Assembly (NCBI GenBank): GCA_965242865.1
Contig: CBDETK010000013.1
Location: 3,136,001-3,200,000, forward strand
DNA: 64,000 nucleotides
Reading direction: 5' to 3'
From: Candidatus Latescibacterota bacterium
GTDB lineage: Bacteria > Latescibacterota > UBA2968 > UBA8231
The position numbers were made by a program, and so were the translations under genes. This document shows, piece by piece, positions 18,405 through 26,573 of the stretch (its first letter is position 1; each line of letters opens with the position of its first letter). Under the pieces are notes generated by a model that was not told the DNA's origin, did not search any database, and saw only the letters and a program-made list of their open reading frames with translations.

Positions 18405-18940
18405 ACCCTCTCAGACCTAATCGCTGGGCTACGACCTTGATCGGGGCTACGGGCCTTCTGTTGGGAGCCTGTGTATTCTTGGCGGCCAAGATCGTCAATC
18501 CCCCGCCCATTGATCCGCTCGATGTGGCGTTTTGGGATTTGCTGGGTACACAAGCGGCTGTCTTGGAATTAGAGGGCCTGACGGGCGCGGACGAGGTTTC
18601 CAACGCACAGTTTGCCGGCGAGCCTTACCTGCTCATTTTCGCCGACCCGACTTGCAGTGCCTGCGAGGCCATTTACCCCCACTTGCTGCGCGCCTCGCAG
18701 GTGCAGGGCGTGAATGTCCTGTTCATTGCCTCGGGCGACCGGCAGGCGATGCAAGACAAAGTGGAGGAACACAGTTTTGCGTTCCCGGTGGCCTTTGATT
18801 CCCTGTTGACGGCTAACAAGCCCTTTGAGGTGGGTGCTCTTCCCGCCTCCATACTGGTCGATGCCGAAGGCAACATTGCCAAAGCCGCTACCGGCGATCA
18901 GGGTGCTGTCGCCGTAATACGCTTGGCTGGAAGTTCCTGA
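18401..18940 (+). CDS. TlpA/MauD-like thiol-disulfide oxidoreductase (redoxin)
   Basis: N-terminal TM, LLIFADPTCSAC, FPVAFD, ALPASILVDAEG. GTG start overlaps the previous stop. Confidence 0.8.
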   Translation: MNPLRPNRWATTLIGATGLLLGACVFLAAKIVNPPPIDPLDVAFWDLLGTQAAVLELEGLTGADEVSNAQFAGEPYLLIFADPTCSACEAIYPHLLRASQVQGVNVLFIASGDRQAMQDKVEEHSFAFPVAFDSLLTANKPFEVGALPASILVDAEGNIAKAATGDQGAVAVIRLAGSS

Positions 18941-18955
18941 AAGGATGGATGCGCC

Positions 18956-19672
18956 ATGTACGTTGTAACTCTCTTGCGTCGTCCGGTGGTGTGGACGGTG
19001 GTAGCCAGCGCCGCGGTCGTGGTCTTTTTGGCCTTGCGTCCCTCTTCGTCGGCCCTCTCGCCGGTGGTGTGGACCGAGCCGCCGGCCAACCCGCTGGCCG
19101 AGGTGCTGCGACCGGGGGATACCGCGCCGGACTTTGCTCTGCCGGCGGTACAGGGCGGCACGGTCGCCTTGAGCGCGTTACGGGGCAAGCCCGCTCTGCT
19201 GGCCTTTGTTACGGCGGAATGTCCGTATTGTCAGAAGCTATACCAGAAACTCGAAGCCTTTGAACTGAATGCGGACCAATACCTCGTATTCATCTGCCCA
19301 AGCGAGGAGGGTGCTCGGAAAATCAGCGCGACCTATTCCTTTACGTATCCGGTGTTGATCGACTCGGCTGGGGCGATTTCACAAGCGTACAAAACCCCTG
19401 GGGTGCCTGCGGTGTATCAGATAGACCCCGAGGGGAAGGTTGTGGATTTGGCGGTGGGGTGGCCATCGGCTTGGACGTTTGTCCGGGGTTTTGGCCGCCC
19501 CCAGCCGAGCGAAAGCTCTGGAGGTCATTTGCTCAATGACTCAGTCACCATTCTGGCTCAGAAAGGAGGTGCATTCCGTGCTCGTAGGTATGATGTTCGT
19601 CAGCAACCGCACTGGTTTGCTGATCCTTTTTCCTATTCTTTTTTCTATCACTCAAGGAGAATTGAGTTATGA
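18956..19672 (+). CDS. TlpA/AhpC-TSA family redoxin
   Basis: GDTAPDFAL, LRGKPALLAF..ECPYC, YPVLID, GVPAVYQIDPEGKV. The C-terminal tail is probably low-information. Confidence 0.85.
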   Translation: MYVVTLLRRPVVWTVVASAAVVVFLALRPSSSALSPVVWTEPPANPLAEVLRPGDTAPDFALPAVQGGTVALSALRGKPALLAFVTAECPYCQKLYQKLEAFELNADQYLVFICPSEEGARKISATYSFTYPVLIDSAGAISQAYKTPGVPAVYQIDPEGKVVDLAVGWPSAWTFVRGFGRPQPSESSGGHLLNDSVTILAQKGGAFRARRYDVRQQPHWFADPFSYSFFYHSRRIEL

Positions 19673-20016
19673 ACTTTTTGACTTTGGTCTTGCAGTCGGC
19701 GCTGGTGCTGCCGCTGGTGGCTCCGCTGGTGGAGTTCGCCACGTCGACGAGCGGCCACGTTGAGCCGCGCGAGGGCTTGGCACTGGGCTGGCTGGGCAGC
19801 GTGGTGGCGGGGCTGGCGGTGGTGTTCGGCACGGCCGAACGGACCCAGGCCGATTCCTGCTACGGAATCTCCGAAGGCTCATCCGGAACGGTCTGCCGAA
19901 CGGACCAACCGTGCATTTATGATCACAATGGAAAGCCCAGAGGGTGGTATCAGGTCACATACTACCACAACTCTGCTACAGGCTGTGAATGGCGATCGGG
20001 GTCCTGCCAGTGCTGA
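19669..20016 (+). CDS. Cys-rich precursor peptide 1 (constant leader, 54-aa core with 6 Cys)
   Basis: AAGGAG SD. Leader nearly identical to 36511 and 49496. Core DSCYG...SCQC follows TQA. Confidence 0.8.
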   Translation: MNFLTLVLQSALVLPLVAPLVEFATSTSGHVEPREGLALGWLGSVVAGLAVVFGTAERTQADSCYGISEGSSGTVCRTDQPCIYDHNGKPRGWYQVTYYHNSATGCEWRSGSCQC

Positions 20017-20022
20017 GCCGTA

Positions 20023-20063
20023 CTGCCGCTGTGGCACTATCGGGCCGGGTGCCACAGCGGCAG
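20023..20063 (+). terminator. 15-bp stem-loop after precursor 1
   Basis: ctgccgctgtggcac / gtgccacagcggcag; homologous hairpins at 36852 and 49934. Confidence 0.65.
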
Positions 20064-20150
20064 GTCGTGTTTTGGCTATCATGTCGGTCACTCGAACAAT
20101 GGTAGGTCGTTAGACCGGCTACTACATCCACTTACTGCCTCTGGAGGTGC

Positions 20151-22259
20151 ATGATGCGCGGCTTGCTTTTTGCGATTGGTTTGTTGATGGCTCCGGTTGG
20201 AGCCTTGGCTTTAACGTGGGATTTCGACGAGGGCACTACGTGGGGCTGGACCGCCCAAGAGGCGGGTTTCTACAGCACTGGGGGAACGGCTGATGCCACC
20301 ACGGTACACAGCGAAGTCGAAGACGGCGTTTGGCGTCTTGCGCCCGTGCCGGGGGCTCGAAAACCCACCCTTCAGTTGCGCTCGCCGCCGATCGAGGAAG
20401 ACTCGGCCCTATTCGACTGGGTCACTCTCCGGCTGCGCATCATCCACCATACCCCGACCGCGGGAACTCTCCTGATGCGATGGTTCAATTCCGAGTACAG
20501 AAGACTCCTCGGTCTGAACCGAATCGACTCCGCCTTTGTTCATTTTGAGACGAGCCGTTTTCAACTCTATCCCACTCAATGGGAAGACATCACCATAGAT
20601 ATACGCGCCTTAGAAGCGAACCCAGAAGTCGCGATCGTCTGGCAGGACACCCTTTTTGAATTCCATTTTGACTTGGACCTACACACCGCCGCACAGGGAC
20701 CGGCCGATCATCCGTCCTTTGTCGAAGTAGATTGGATTCAACTGACCGGGGTGGAAGAGTTATTGCTGGGGGAATTGTCGCCCCGGGCCATCGTCGTGGA
20801 GGCGGGCGTACCCGGCATGTTGTTCGACGAACCGGCCTTTTTTCCCCTCGTTGAGGGCATCAGCAGAATAACGAACATTAGACAATCGGCGGGTACTTTG
20901 GGGGATGTGGATGGCGATGGCGATGTGGATCTAGTGGCGGTTTGGGAACGCCGCACCGTCCCTAGAAGCGACTACGGCTGGATAATAGCCTCCAACGATG
21001 GCTTCGGCGGCTTTGCTCCCACCCAAGACGCGGCCACAAGTACATACCATCTCCAAGGGAGCGACTTCGACGGGGATGGGCTGTTAGACTTGGTCTTTAG
21101 TGGAAACCAGATCGTTGAACTGTGGCATAACGAGGGCGAGGGTGGGTTTGAGAGTATGCTACGGCTGTCCGGCGTCGAGTTCTCTGGCCTCGCTGATGGC
21201 GATGGCGATGGCGATGTGGACCTGTTGGTTTATCAGCTTGGCGACTTATCGCCTCATGTAGTGTTGTGGATCAACGATGGCACCGACGGGTTTGTCCGCA
21301 GCGATCGGTTCGATCTCGACAGCGAAGAAGAGCTCTACGCCTACTGGCCCTCCGGCCAACCGTTGGGTGAGGCCGTGCCCCTATTGTGGAACCGACCCTG
21401 CCACCTGCCCGTGGGGCCTTGGCAACTGACTCGGCCGTGGGCGGCCAGCGAGGAGCCGCCGCTGCTTTTCGAGACCGGAGTCAACCCCTGTGCGCTGCAC
21501 CTGCTCGCCGATGTGGATGGCGACGGGAATGTGGATTTACTCGGCTCCTCTGAGAGTAGAGAGTTCTACTTCGTCTCCAGAACCTACTACGGTTTGGACG
21601 TGTGGCGGTTGGACGCCCTGGGCGGGGTGTCCCGCCACTCCCTGCTCAGCCCGCAGGTACATGTGTCGCCTGGGGTCACTGCCAGCGACCTCAACGGCGA
21701 TGGCCTGCTGGACTTGGCCTTGGTCGATGGCAACTTAGCCACCGGACCGGCGCTGGTGGTGCTGGTCGGCCAGCGCGATGGGCTGCCCGTCGTCGAAGGC
21801 CGCTATCGGCTGCCGGGCACGGGCGGCCAAGTGCTCCCCGGCGACGTAAACGGCGATGGGGCTGTCGATCTGGTGGTGCTGGGGCGGAATATGGAAGGCG
21901 GTCCGGGCGGAGCCTTCGTCTTTCTCAACCAGAGTGCGCCAGCCACCGCCATCGCCGCTGAGACCACATCCACCCCCTCAGCCTTTGCCCTCGGTGCCAA
22001 CTACCCCAACCCATTCAATCCGGCCACGACCATCCCCCTTACCCTGCCCGCCAGTGCCGAGGCGGTGGACGTAACCATCTACAACGTCTTGGGGCAGCCG
22101 GTGCGCCGCGTATGGAACGGTTCGTTGGCGGCGGGCGCACACCGGCTGGCTTGGGATGGTCGGGACGCACAGGGACAGCCCGTCGCCGCAGGGGTCTATT
22201 GGTATCGGTTGCAGGTGGGCGATCAGACGCACACCCGCAAGATGATCAAAATCGAATAG
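20151..22259 (+). CDS. Secreted CBM-like + FG-GAP/VCBS propeller + FlgD-Ig/T9SS-like CTD protein, paralog 1
   Basis: Signal peptide ending ALA|LTWDF, repeated GDVDGDGDVD/DFDGDGLLD motifs, LGANYPNPFNPATTI...WDGRD..G.PVAAGVY tail. Confidence 0.8.
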   Translation: MMRGLLFAIGLLMAPVGALALTWDFDEGTTWGWTAQEAGFYSTGGTADATTVHSEVEDGVWRLAPVPGARKPTLQLRSPPIEEDSALFDWVTLRLRIIHHTPTAGTLLMRWFNSEYRRLLGLNRIDSAFVHFETSRFQLYPTQWEDITIDIRALEANPEVAIVWQDTLFEFHFDLDLHTAAQGPADHPSFVEVDWIQLTGVEELLLGELSPRAIVVEAGVPGMLFDEPAFFPLVEGISRITNIRQSAGTLGDVDGDGDVDLVAVWERRTVPRSDYGWIIASNDGFGGFAPTQDAATSTYHLQGSDFDGDGLLDLVFSGNQIVELWHNEGEGGFESMLRLSGVEFSGLADGDGDGDVDLLVYQLGDLSPHVVLWINDGTDGFVRSDRFDLDSEEELYAYWPSGQPLGEAVPLLWNRPCHLPVGPWQLTRPWAASEEPPLLFETGVNPCALHLLADVDGDGNVDLLGSSESREFYFVSRTYYGLDVWRLDALGGVSRHSLLSPQVHVSPGVTASDLNGDGLLDLALVDGNLATGPALVVLVGQRDGLPVVEGRYRLPGTGGQVLPGDVNGDGAVDLVVLGRNMEGGPGGAFVFLNQSAPATAIAAETTSTPSAFALGANYPNPFNPATTIPLTLPASAEAVDVTIYNVLGQPVRRVWNGSLAAGAHRLAWDGRDAQGQPVAAGVYWYRLQVGDQTHTRKMIKIE

Positions 22260-22288
22260 ACGACCTAAGTTATCACTGGAGGCAAACT

Positions 22289-24403
22289 ATGCGCGGCTTG
22301 CTTTTTGCGATTGGTTTGTTGATGGCTCCGGTTGGAGCCTTGGCCCTAACGTGGGATTTCGACGAGGGCACCACGTGGGGCTGGACCGCCCAAGAATCGG
22401 GTTGGTACAGTACTAGGGGAACATTTGATGCCACCCTAGTGTACAGCGAAGTCGAAGACGGCGTCTGGCGCCTAGTGCCCGTGCCGGGGGCGCGAAAACC
22501 CACCCTTCAGTTGCGTTCACCACCGATTGGCGAAGACTCCGCCCTGTTCGACTATGTCACCCTCCGGCTCCGCATCATCCACCATACCCCGACGGAGGGA
22601 ACTCTCCAGATGCGATGGTTCAATTCCGAGTACACAAGACTCCTCGGTCTGAACCAACACGAGGGCGAGAATCAGTTTTATCGGGGCCGTTTGCAACTTT
22701 ACCCCACTCAATGGGAAGCCATCACCATAGATATACGCGCCTTAGAAGCCGCAGCCGTAGCCGACCCAGAAGTCGAACTCACCTGGCAGGACACCCTTTT
22801 TGAATTTCGTTTTGACTTGGACTTAAACACTACCGCGCAAGGGCCGGCCGATCATCCGTCCTTTGTCGAAGTAGATTGGATTCAACTGACCGGGGTGGAA
22901 GAGTTGCTGCTGGGGGAATTGCCGCCCCAGGAAATCGTCGTGGAGGCGGGCTTGCCCGGCGCGTTGTTCGACGAACCGGCCTTTTTTTCCCTCGTCGAGG
23001 GCATCAAAGGCAAAATGGGCATTGGACAATCGATGGGTACTTTGGGTGATGTGGATGGCGATGGCGATGTGGACCTCGTGGCGGTTTGGGATCGCTTCAC
23101 CGCTACCGGAAGCGACCACGGTTGGCTCATAGCCTCCAACGATGGTTTCGGCGGCTTTGTCCTCACCCAAGAGGAGGCCGCAAGCACCTACCTCAGTCTC
23201 CAAGGGAGCGACTTCGACGGAGATGGGCTGTTCGACTTGGTCTTTAGTGGAAACCAGATCGTTGAACTGTGGCATAACGAGGGCGAGGATGGGTTTGAGA
23301 GTACGCTGCGGCTGTCCGGCGTCGGGTTTGTTGGCCTCGCCGATGGCGATGGCGATGGCGATGTGGACCTGTTGGTTCATGAGCTTGACGACGAATCGCC
23401 CCACGTGGTGTTGTGGCTCAACGATGGCGACGCCGGATTCGTCCGCCGTGAGCGGTTCGATATCGATAGCGAAGAGGAACTCTATGCTTACCCGTCCTCC
23501 GGGGAACCGCCGGGCGAGGCCGTGCGCCTGTTGTGGACCCAACCCTGCTACCTACCCCAAGGGCCGTGGCAACTGACCCGGCCGTGGGCGGCCAGCGAGG
23601 AGCCATCGCTGTTTTTCGAGACCGGGGTCAACCCCTGTACGCTGCACTGGGTCGTTGATTTGGGTGGCGATGGAGCGGTGGAGTTCGTCGGTTCCCTTGA
23701 ACTGAGACGGTTCTCCTCCGACTACACCAACCACGGCTTGGTCGTGTGGCGTCTAGACGCTTCGGGCGGGATGTCTCGCCATCCCCTGCTCGGCTCGCAG
23801 GTACACGTGTCGCGTGGGGCCACGGCCAGCGACTTCAACGGCGATGGCCTGCTGGACTTGGCTGTGGTCGATGGCAACTTGGCGACTGGACCGGCGTTAG
23901 TGGTGCTGACCGGCCAGCGCGATGGGCTGCCCGTCGTCGAAGGCCGCTACCGGCTGCCGGGCACGGGCGGCCAAGTGCTCCCCGGCGACGTAAACGGCGA
24001 TGGGGCTGTCGATCTGGTGGTGCTGGGGCGGAATATGGAAGGCGGTCCGGGCGGAGCCTTCGTCTTTCTCAACCAGCATACGCCAGCCACCGCCATCGCC
24101 GCTGAGACGCCGACTACGCCCACGGCCTTTGTCCTCGGGGCCAACTATCCCAACCCGTTCAATCCAGCCACGACCATCCCCTTGGCACTGCCTGCCCAAG
24201 CCAGCGAGGTGGCCTTAACCATCTACAACGTCTTGGGGCAGCCCGTGCGCCGCGTGTGGGCGGGTTCGTTGGCCGCCGGCGAACACCGACTGGCTTGGGA
24301 TGGTCGGGACGCACAGGGACAGCCGGTCGCCGCGGGGGTCTATTGGTATCGGTTGCAGGTGGGCGATCAGACGCGCACCCGCAAGATGATCAAAATCGAA
24401 TAG
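22289..24403 (+). CDS. CBM-like/FG-GAP/CTD protein, paralog 2
   Basis: Same architecture; start reset to MRGLL after GGAGG. Confidence 0.8.
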   Translation: MRGLLFAIGLLMAPVGALALTWDFDEGTTWGWTAQESGWYSTRGTFDATLVYSEVEDGVWRLVPVPGARKPTLQLRSPPIGEDSALFDYVTLRLRIIHHTPTEGTLQMRWFNSEYTRLLGLNQHEGENQFYRGRLQLYPTQWEAITIDIRALEAAAVADPEVELTWQDTLFEFRFDLDLNTTAQGPADHPSFVEVDWIQLTGVEELLLGELPPQEIVVEAGLPGALFDEPAFFSLVEGIKGKMGIGQSMGTLGDVDGDGDVDLVAVWDRFTATGSDHGWLIASNDGFGGFVLTQEEAASTYLSLQGSDFDGDGLFDLVFSGNQIVELWHNEGEDGFESTLRLSGVGFVGLADGDGDGDVDLLVHELDDESPHVVLWLNDGDAGFVRRERFDIDSEEELYAYPSSGEPPGEAVRLLWTQPCYLPQGPWQLTRPWAASEEPSLFFETGVNPCTLHWVVDLGGDGAVEFVGSLELRRFSSDYTNHGLVVWRLDASGGMSRHPLLGSQVHVSRGATASDFNGDGLLDLAVVDGNLATGPALVVLTGQRDGLPVVEGRYRLPGTGGQVLPGDVNGDGAVDLVVLGRNMEGGPGGAFVFLNQHTPATAIAAETPTTPTAFVLGANYPNPFNPATTIPLALPAQASEVALTIYNVLGQPVRRVWAGSLAAGEHRLAWDGRDAQGQPVAAGVYWYRLQVGDQTRTRKMIKIE

Positions 24404-24432
24404 ACGACCTAAGTTATCACTGGAGGCAAACT

Positions 24433-26544
24433 ATGCGCGGCTTGCTTTTTGCGATTGGATTGTTGACCGCTCCGGTTGGAGCCTTGGCCTTAACGTGGGA
24501 TTTCGACGAGGACACCACGTGGGGCTGGACCGCCCAAGAGGCGGGTTCCTACAGCACTAGGGGAACGGATGATGTCACCACGGTGTATAGCGAAGTCAAA
24601 GACGGCATTTGGCGTATTGCGCCCGTGCCGGGGGCTCGAAAACCCACCCTTCAGTTGCGCTCGCCGCCGATCGAGGAAGACTCGGCCCTGTTCGACTATG
24701 TCACTCTCCGGCTCCGCATCACCCACCGTATCCCGACGGAGGGAACGCTCGTGATGCGATGGTTCAATGCTGAGTACACGAGACGCCTCGGGCTGAACCG
24801 ATACGAAGGAGAAGGGAAGTTTTTGACGAGCCGTTTTCAACTCTATCCCACTCAATGGGAAGACATCACCATAGATATACGCGCCTTAGAAGCCGCGACG
24901 GAAGCCGACCCGGAAGTCGAGATCGTCTGGCAGGACACCCTTTTTACGTTTCTCTTTGACTTGGACCTACACACCACCGCACAGGGGCCGGCCGATCATC
25001 CGGCCTTTGTCGAAGTAGATTGGATTCAACTGACCGGGGTGGAAGAGTTACTGCTGGGGGAGTTGCCGCCTCGGGCCATCGTCGTAGAGGCGGGCTTGCC
25101 CGGCACGTTGTTCGGCGAACCGGCCTTTTTTCCTCTCGTCGAGGGCATCAAAGGCAAAGTGGCCATTGGACAATCGGCAGGTACTTTGGGGGATGTGGAT
25201 GGCGATGGCGATGGGGATCTAGTGGCGGTTTGGAATCGCCTCACTGCCACCGGAAGCGACCATGGTTGGCTCATAGCCTCCAACGATGGCTTGGGCGGCT
25301 TTGCTCCCACCCAAGAGGAGGCCGCAAGTGCCTACCTCAGTCTCCAAGGAAGCGACTTCGACGGAGATGGACTTCTCGATCTGGTCCTTGGTGAAGGCCG
25401 GACCCTTGAACTGTGGCACAACCGGGGCGAGGATGGGTTTGAGAGTACGCTGCGGCTGTCCGGCGTCGGGTTCGTTGGCCTCGCCGATGGCGAGGGCGAT
25501 GGCGATGTGGACCTGTTGGTTCATGAGCTTGACGACGAATCGTCCCACGTGATTTTGTGGATCAACGATGGCGACGCCGGATTCGTCCGCCGTGAGCGGT
25601 TCGATCTCGACCGCAAAGAAGCACTCAAGCCGTACCCGCCCTCCAAGCAACCGCCGGGCGAGGCTGTGCGCCTGTTGTGGAACCGCCCCTGCGACCTGCC
25701 CGTGGGGCCTTTGCTCCTGACCCGACCGTGGGCGGCCAGCGAGGAGCCGCCGCTGTTTTTCGAGACCGGAGTCAACCCCTGTACGCTGCACTGGATCGTT
25801 GATTTGGATGGCGATGGGGTGATGGAATTAGTCGGTTCCCTTGAGGAGAGATGGTTCTTCGGCTACACCTACCACGGCTTGGCCGTGTGGCGGTTGGACG
25901 CTTCGGGCGGGGTATCCCGCCATCTCCTGCTCGGTCCGCAGGCACACATGGCGCATGAGGCCGTTGCCCACGACCTCAACGGCGATGGCCTGCTGGACTT
26001 GGCTGTGGTCGATGGCAACTTGGCGACTGGACCGGCGTTAGTGGTGCTGACCGGCCAGCGCGATGGCCTGCCCGTCGTCGAAGGCCGCTACCGGCTGCCG
26101 GGCACGGGCGGCCAAGTGCTCCCCGGCGACGTAAACGGCGATGGGGCTGTCGATCTGGTGGTGCTGGGGCGGAATATGGAAGGCGGTCCGGGCGGAGCCT
26201 TCGTCTTCCTCAACCAGCGTACGTCGGCCACCACGGTCACTACTGAGACCGCGACTGTCCCCTCAGCCTTTGTCCTCGGGGCCAACTATCCCAACCCGTT
26301 CAATCCAGCCACGACCATCCCCTTGGCACTGCCTGCCCAAGCCAGCGAGGTGGCCTTAACCATCTACAACGTCTTGGGGCAGCCCGTGCGCCACGTGTGG
26401 GCAGGTTCGTTGGCGGCGGGCGCACACCGGCTGGCTTGGGATGGCCGGGACGCGCAGGGGCGGCCCGTCGCTGCGGGCGTCTATTGGTATCGGTTGCAGG
26501 TGGACGATCAGACGCACACCCGCAAGATGATCAAAATCGAATAG
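24433..26544 (+). CDS. CBM-like/FG-GAP/CTD protein, paralog 3
   Basis: Same architecture; start reset to MRGLL. Confidence 0.8.
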   Translation: MRGLLFAIGLLTAPVGALALTWDFDEDTTWGWTAQEAGSYSTRGTDDVTTVYSEVKDGIWRIAPVPGARKPTLQLRSPPIEEDSALFDYVTLRLRITHRIPTEGTLVMRWFNAEYTRRLGLNRYEGEGKFLTSRFQLYPTQWEDITIDIRALEAATEADPEVEIVWQDTLFTFLFDLDLHTTAQGPADHPAFVEVDWIQLTGVEELLLGELPPRAIVVEAGLPGTLFGEPAFFPLVEGIKGKVAIGQSAGTLGDVDGDGDGDLVAVWNRLTATGSDHGWLIASNDGLGGFAPTQEEAASAYLSLQGSDFDGDGLLDLVLGEGRTLELWHNRGEDGFESTLRLSGVGFVGLADGEGDGDVDLLVHELDDESSHVILWINDGDAGFVRRERFDLDRKEALKPYPPSKQPPGEAVRLLWNRPCDLPVGPLLLTRPWAASEEPPLFFETGVNPCTLHWIVDLDGDGVMELVGSLEERWFFGYTYHGLAVWRLDASGGVSRHLLLGPQAHMAHEAVAHDLNGDGLLDLAVVDGNLATGPALVVLTGQRDGLPVVEGRYRLPGTGGQVLPGDVNGDGAVDLVVLGRNMEGGPGGAFVFLNQRTSATTVTTETATVPSAFVLGANYPNPFNPATTIPLALPAQASEVALTIYNVLGQPVRHVWAGSLAAGAHRLAWDGRDAQGRPVAAGVYWYRLQVDDQTHTRKMIKIE

Positions 26545-26573
26545 ACGACCGCAGTTATCACTGGAGGAGACCT

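Noticed and set aside
19669-20016. Classical glycocin or double-glycine bacteriocin cluster
   Set aside because: No GG leader and no C39 peptidase/ABC exporter; even Cys counts leave no obvious free Cys for S-glycosylation. Kept only as an analogy.
18401-20016. Methylamine dehydrogenase (mau) cluster or Tat-exported MauA-like subunit
   Set aside because: The redoxin is MauD-like and the leader faintly recalls a Tat signal, but there is no twin arginine, the cores are only about 54 aa, and no MauE or MauG-like gene is seen.
21195-21220. GGCGAT hexamer runs as phase-variable microsatellites
   Set aside because: They are in frame and simply encode the DGDGD calcium-binding motifs of FG-GAP repeats.
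22260-22288. Inter-paralog spacers as integron attC sites
   Set aside because: Spacers are only about 20-30 nt, lack attC inverted cores, mainly contain the SD, and no integrase is present.
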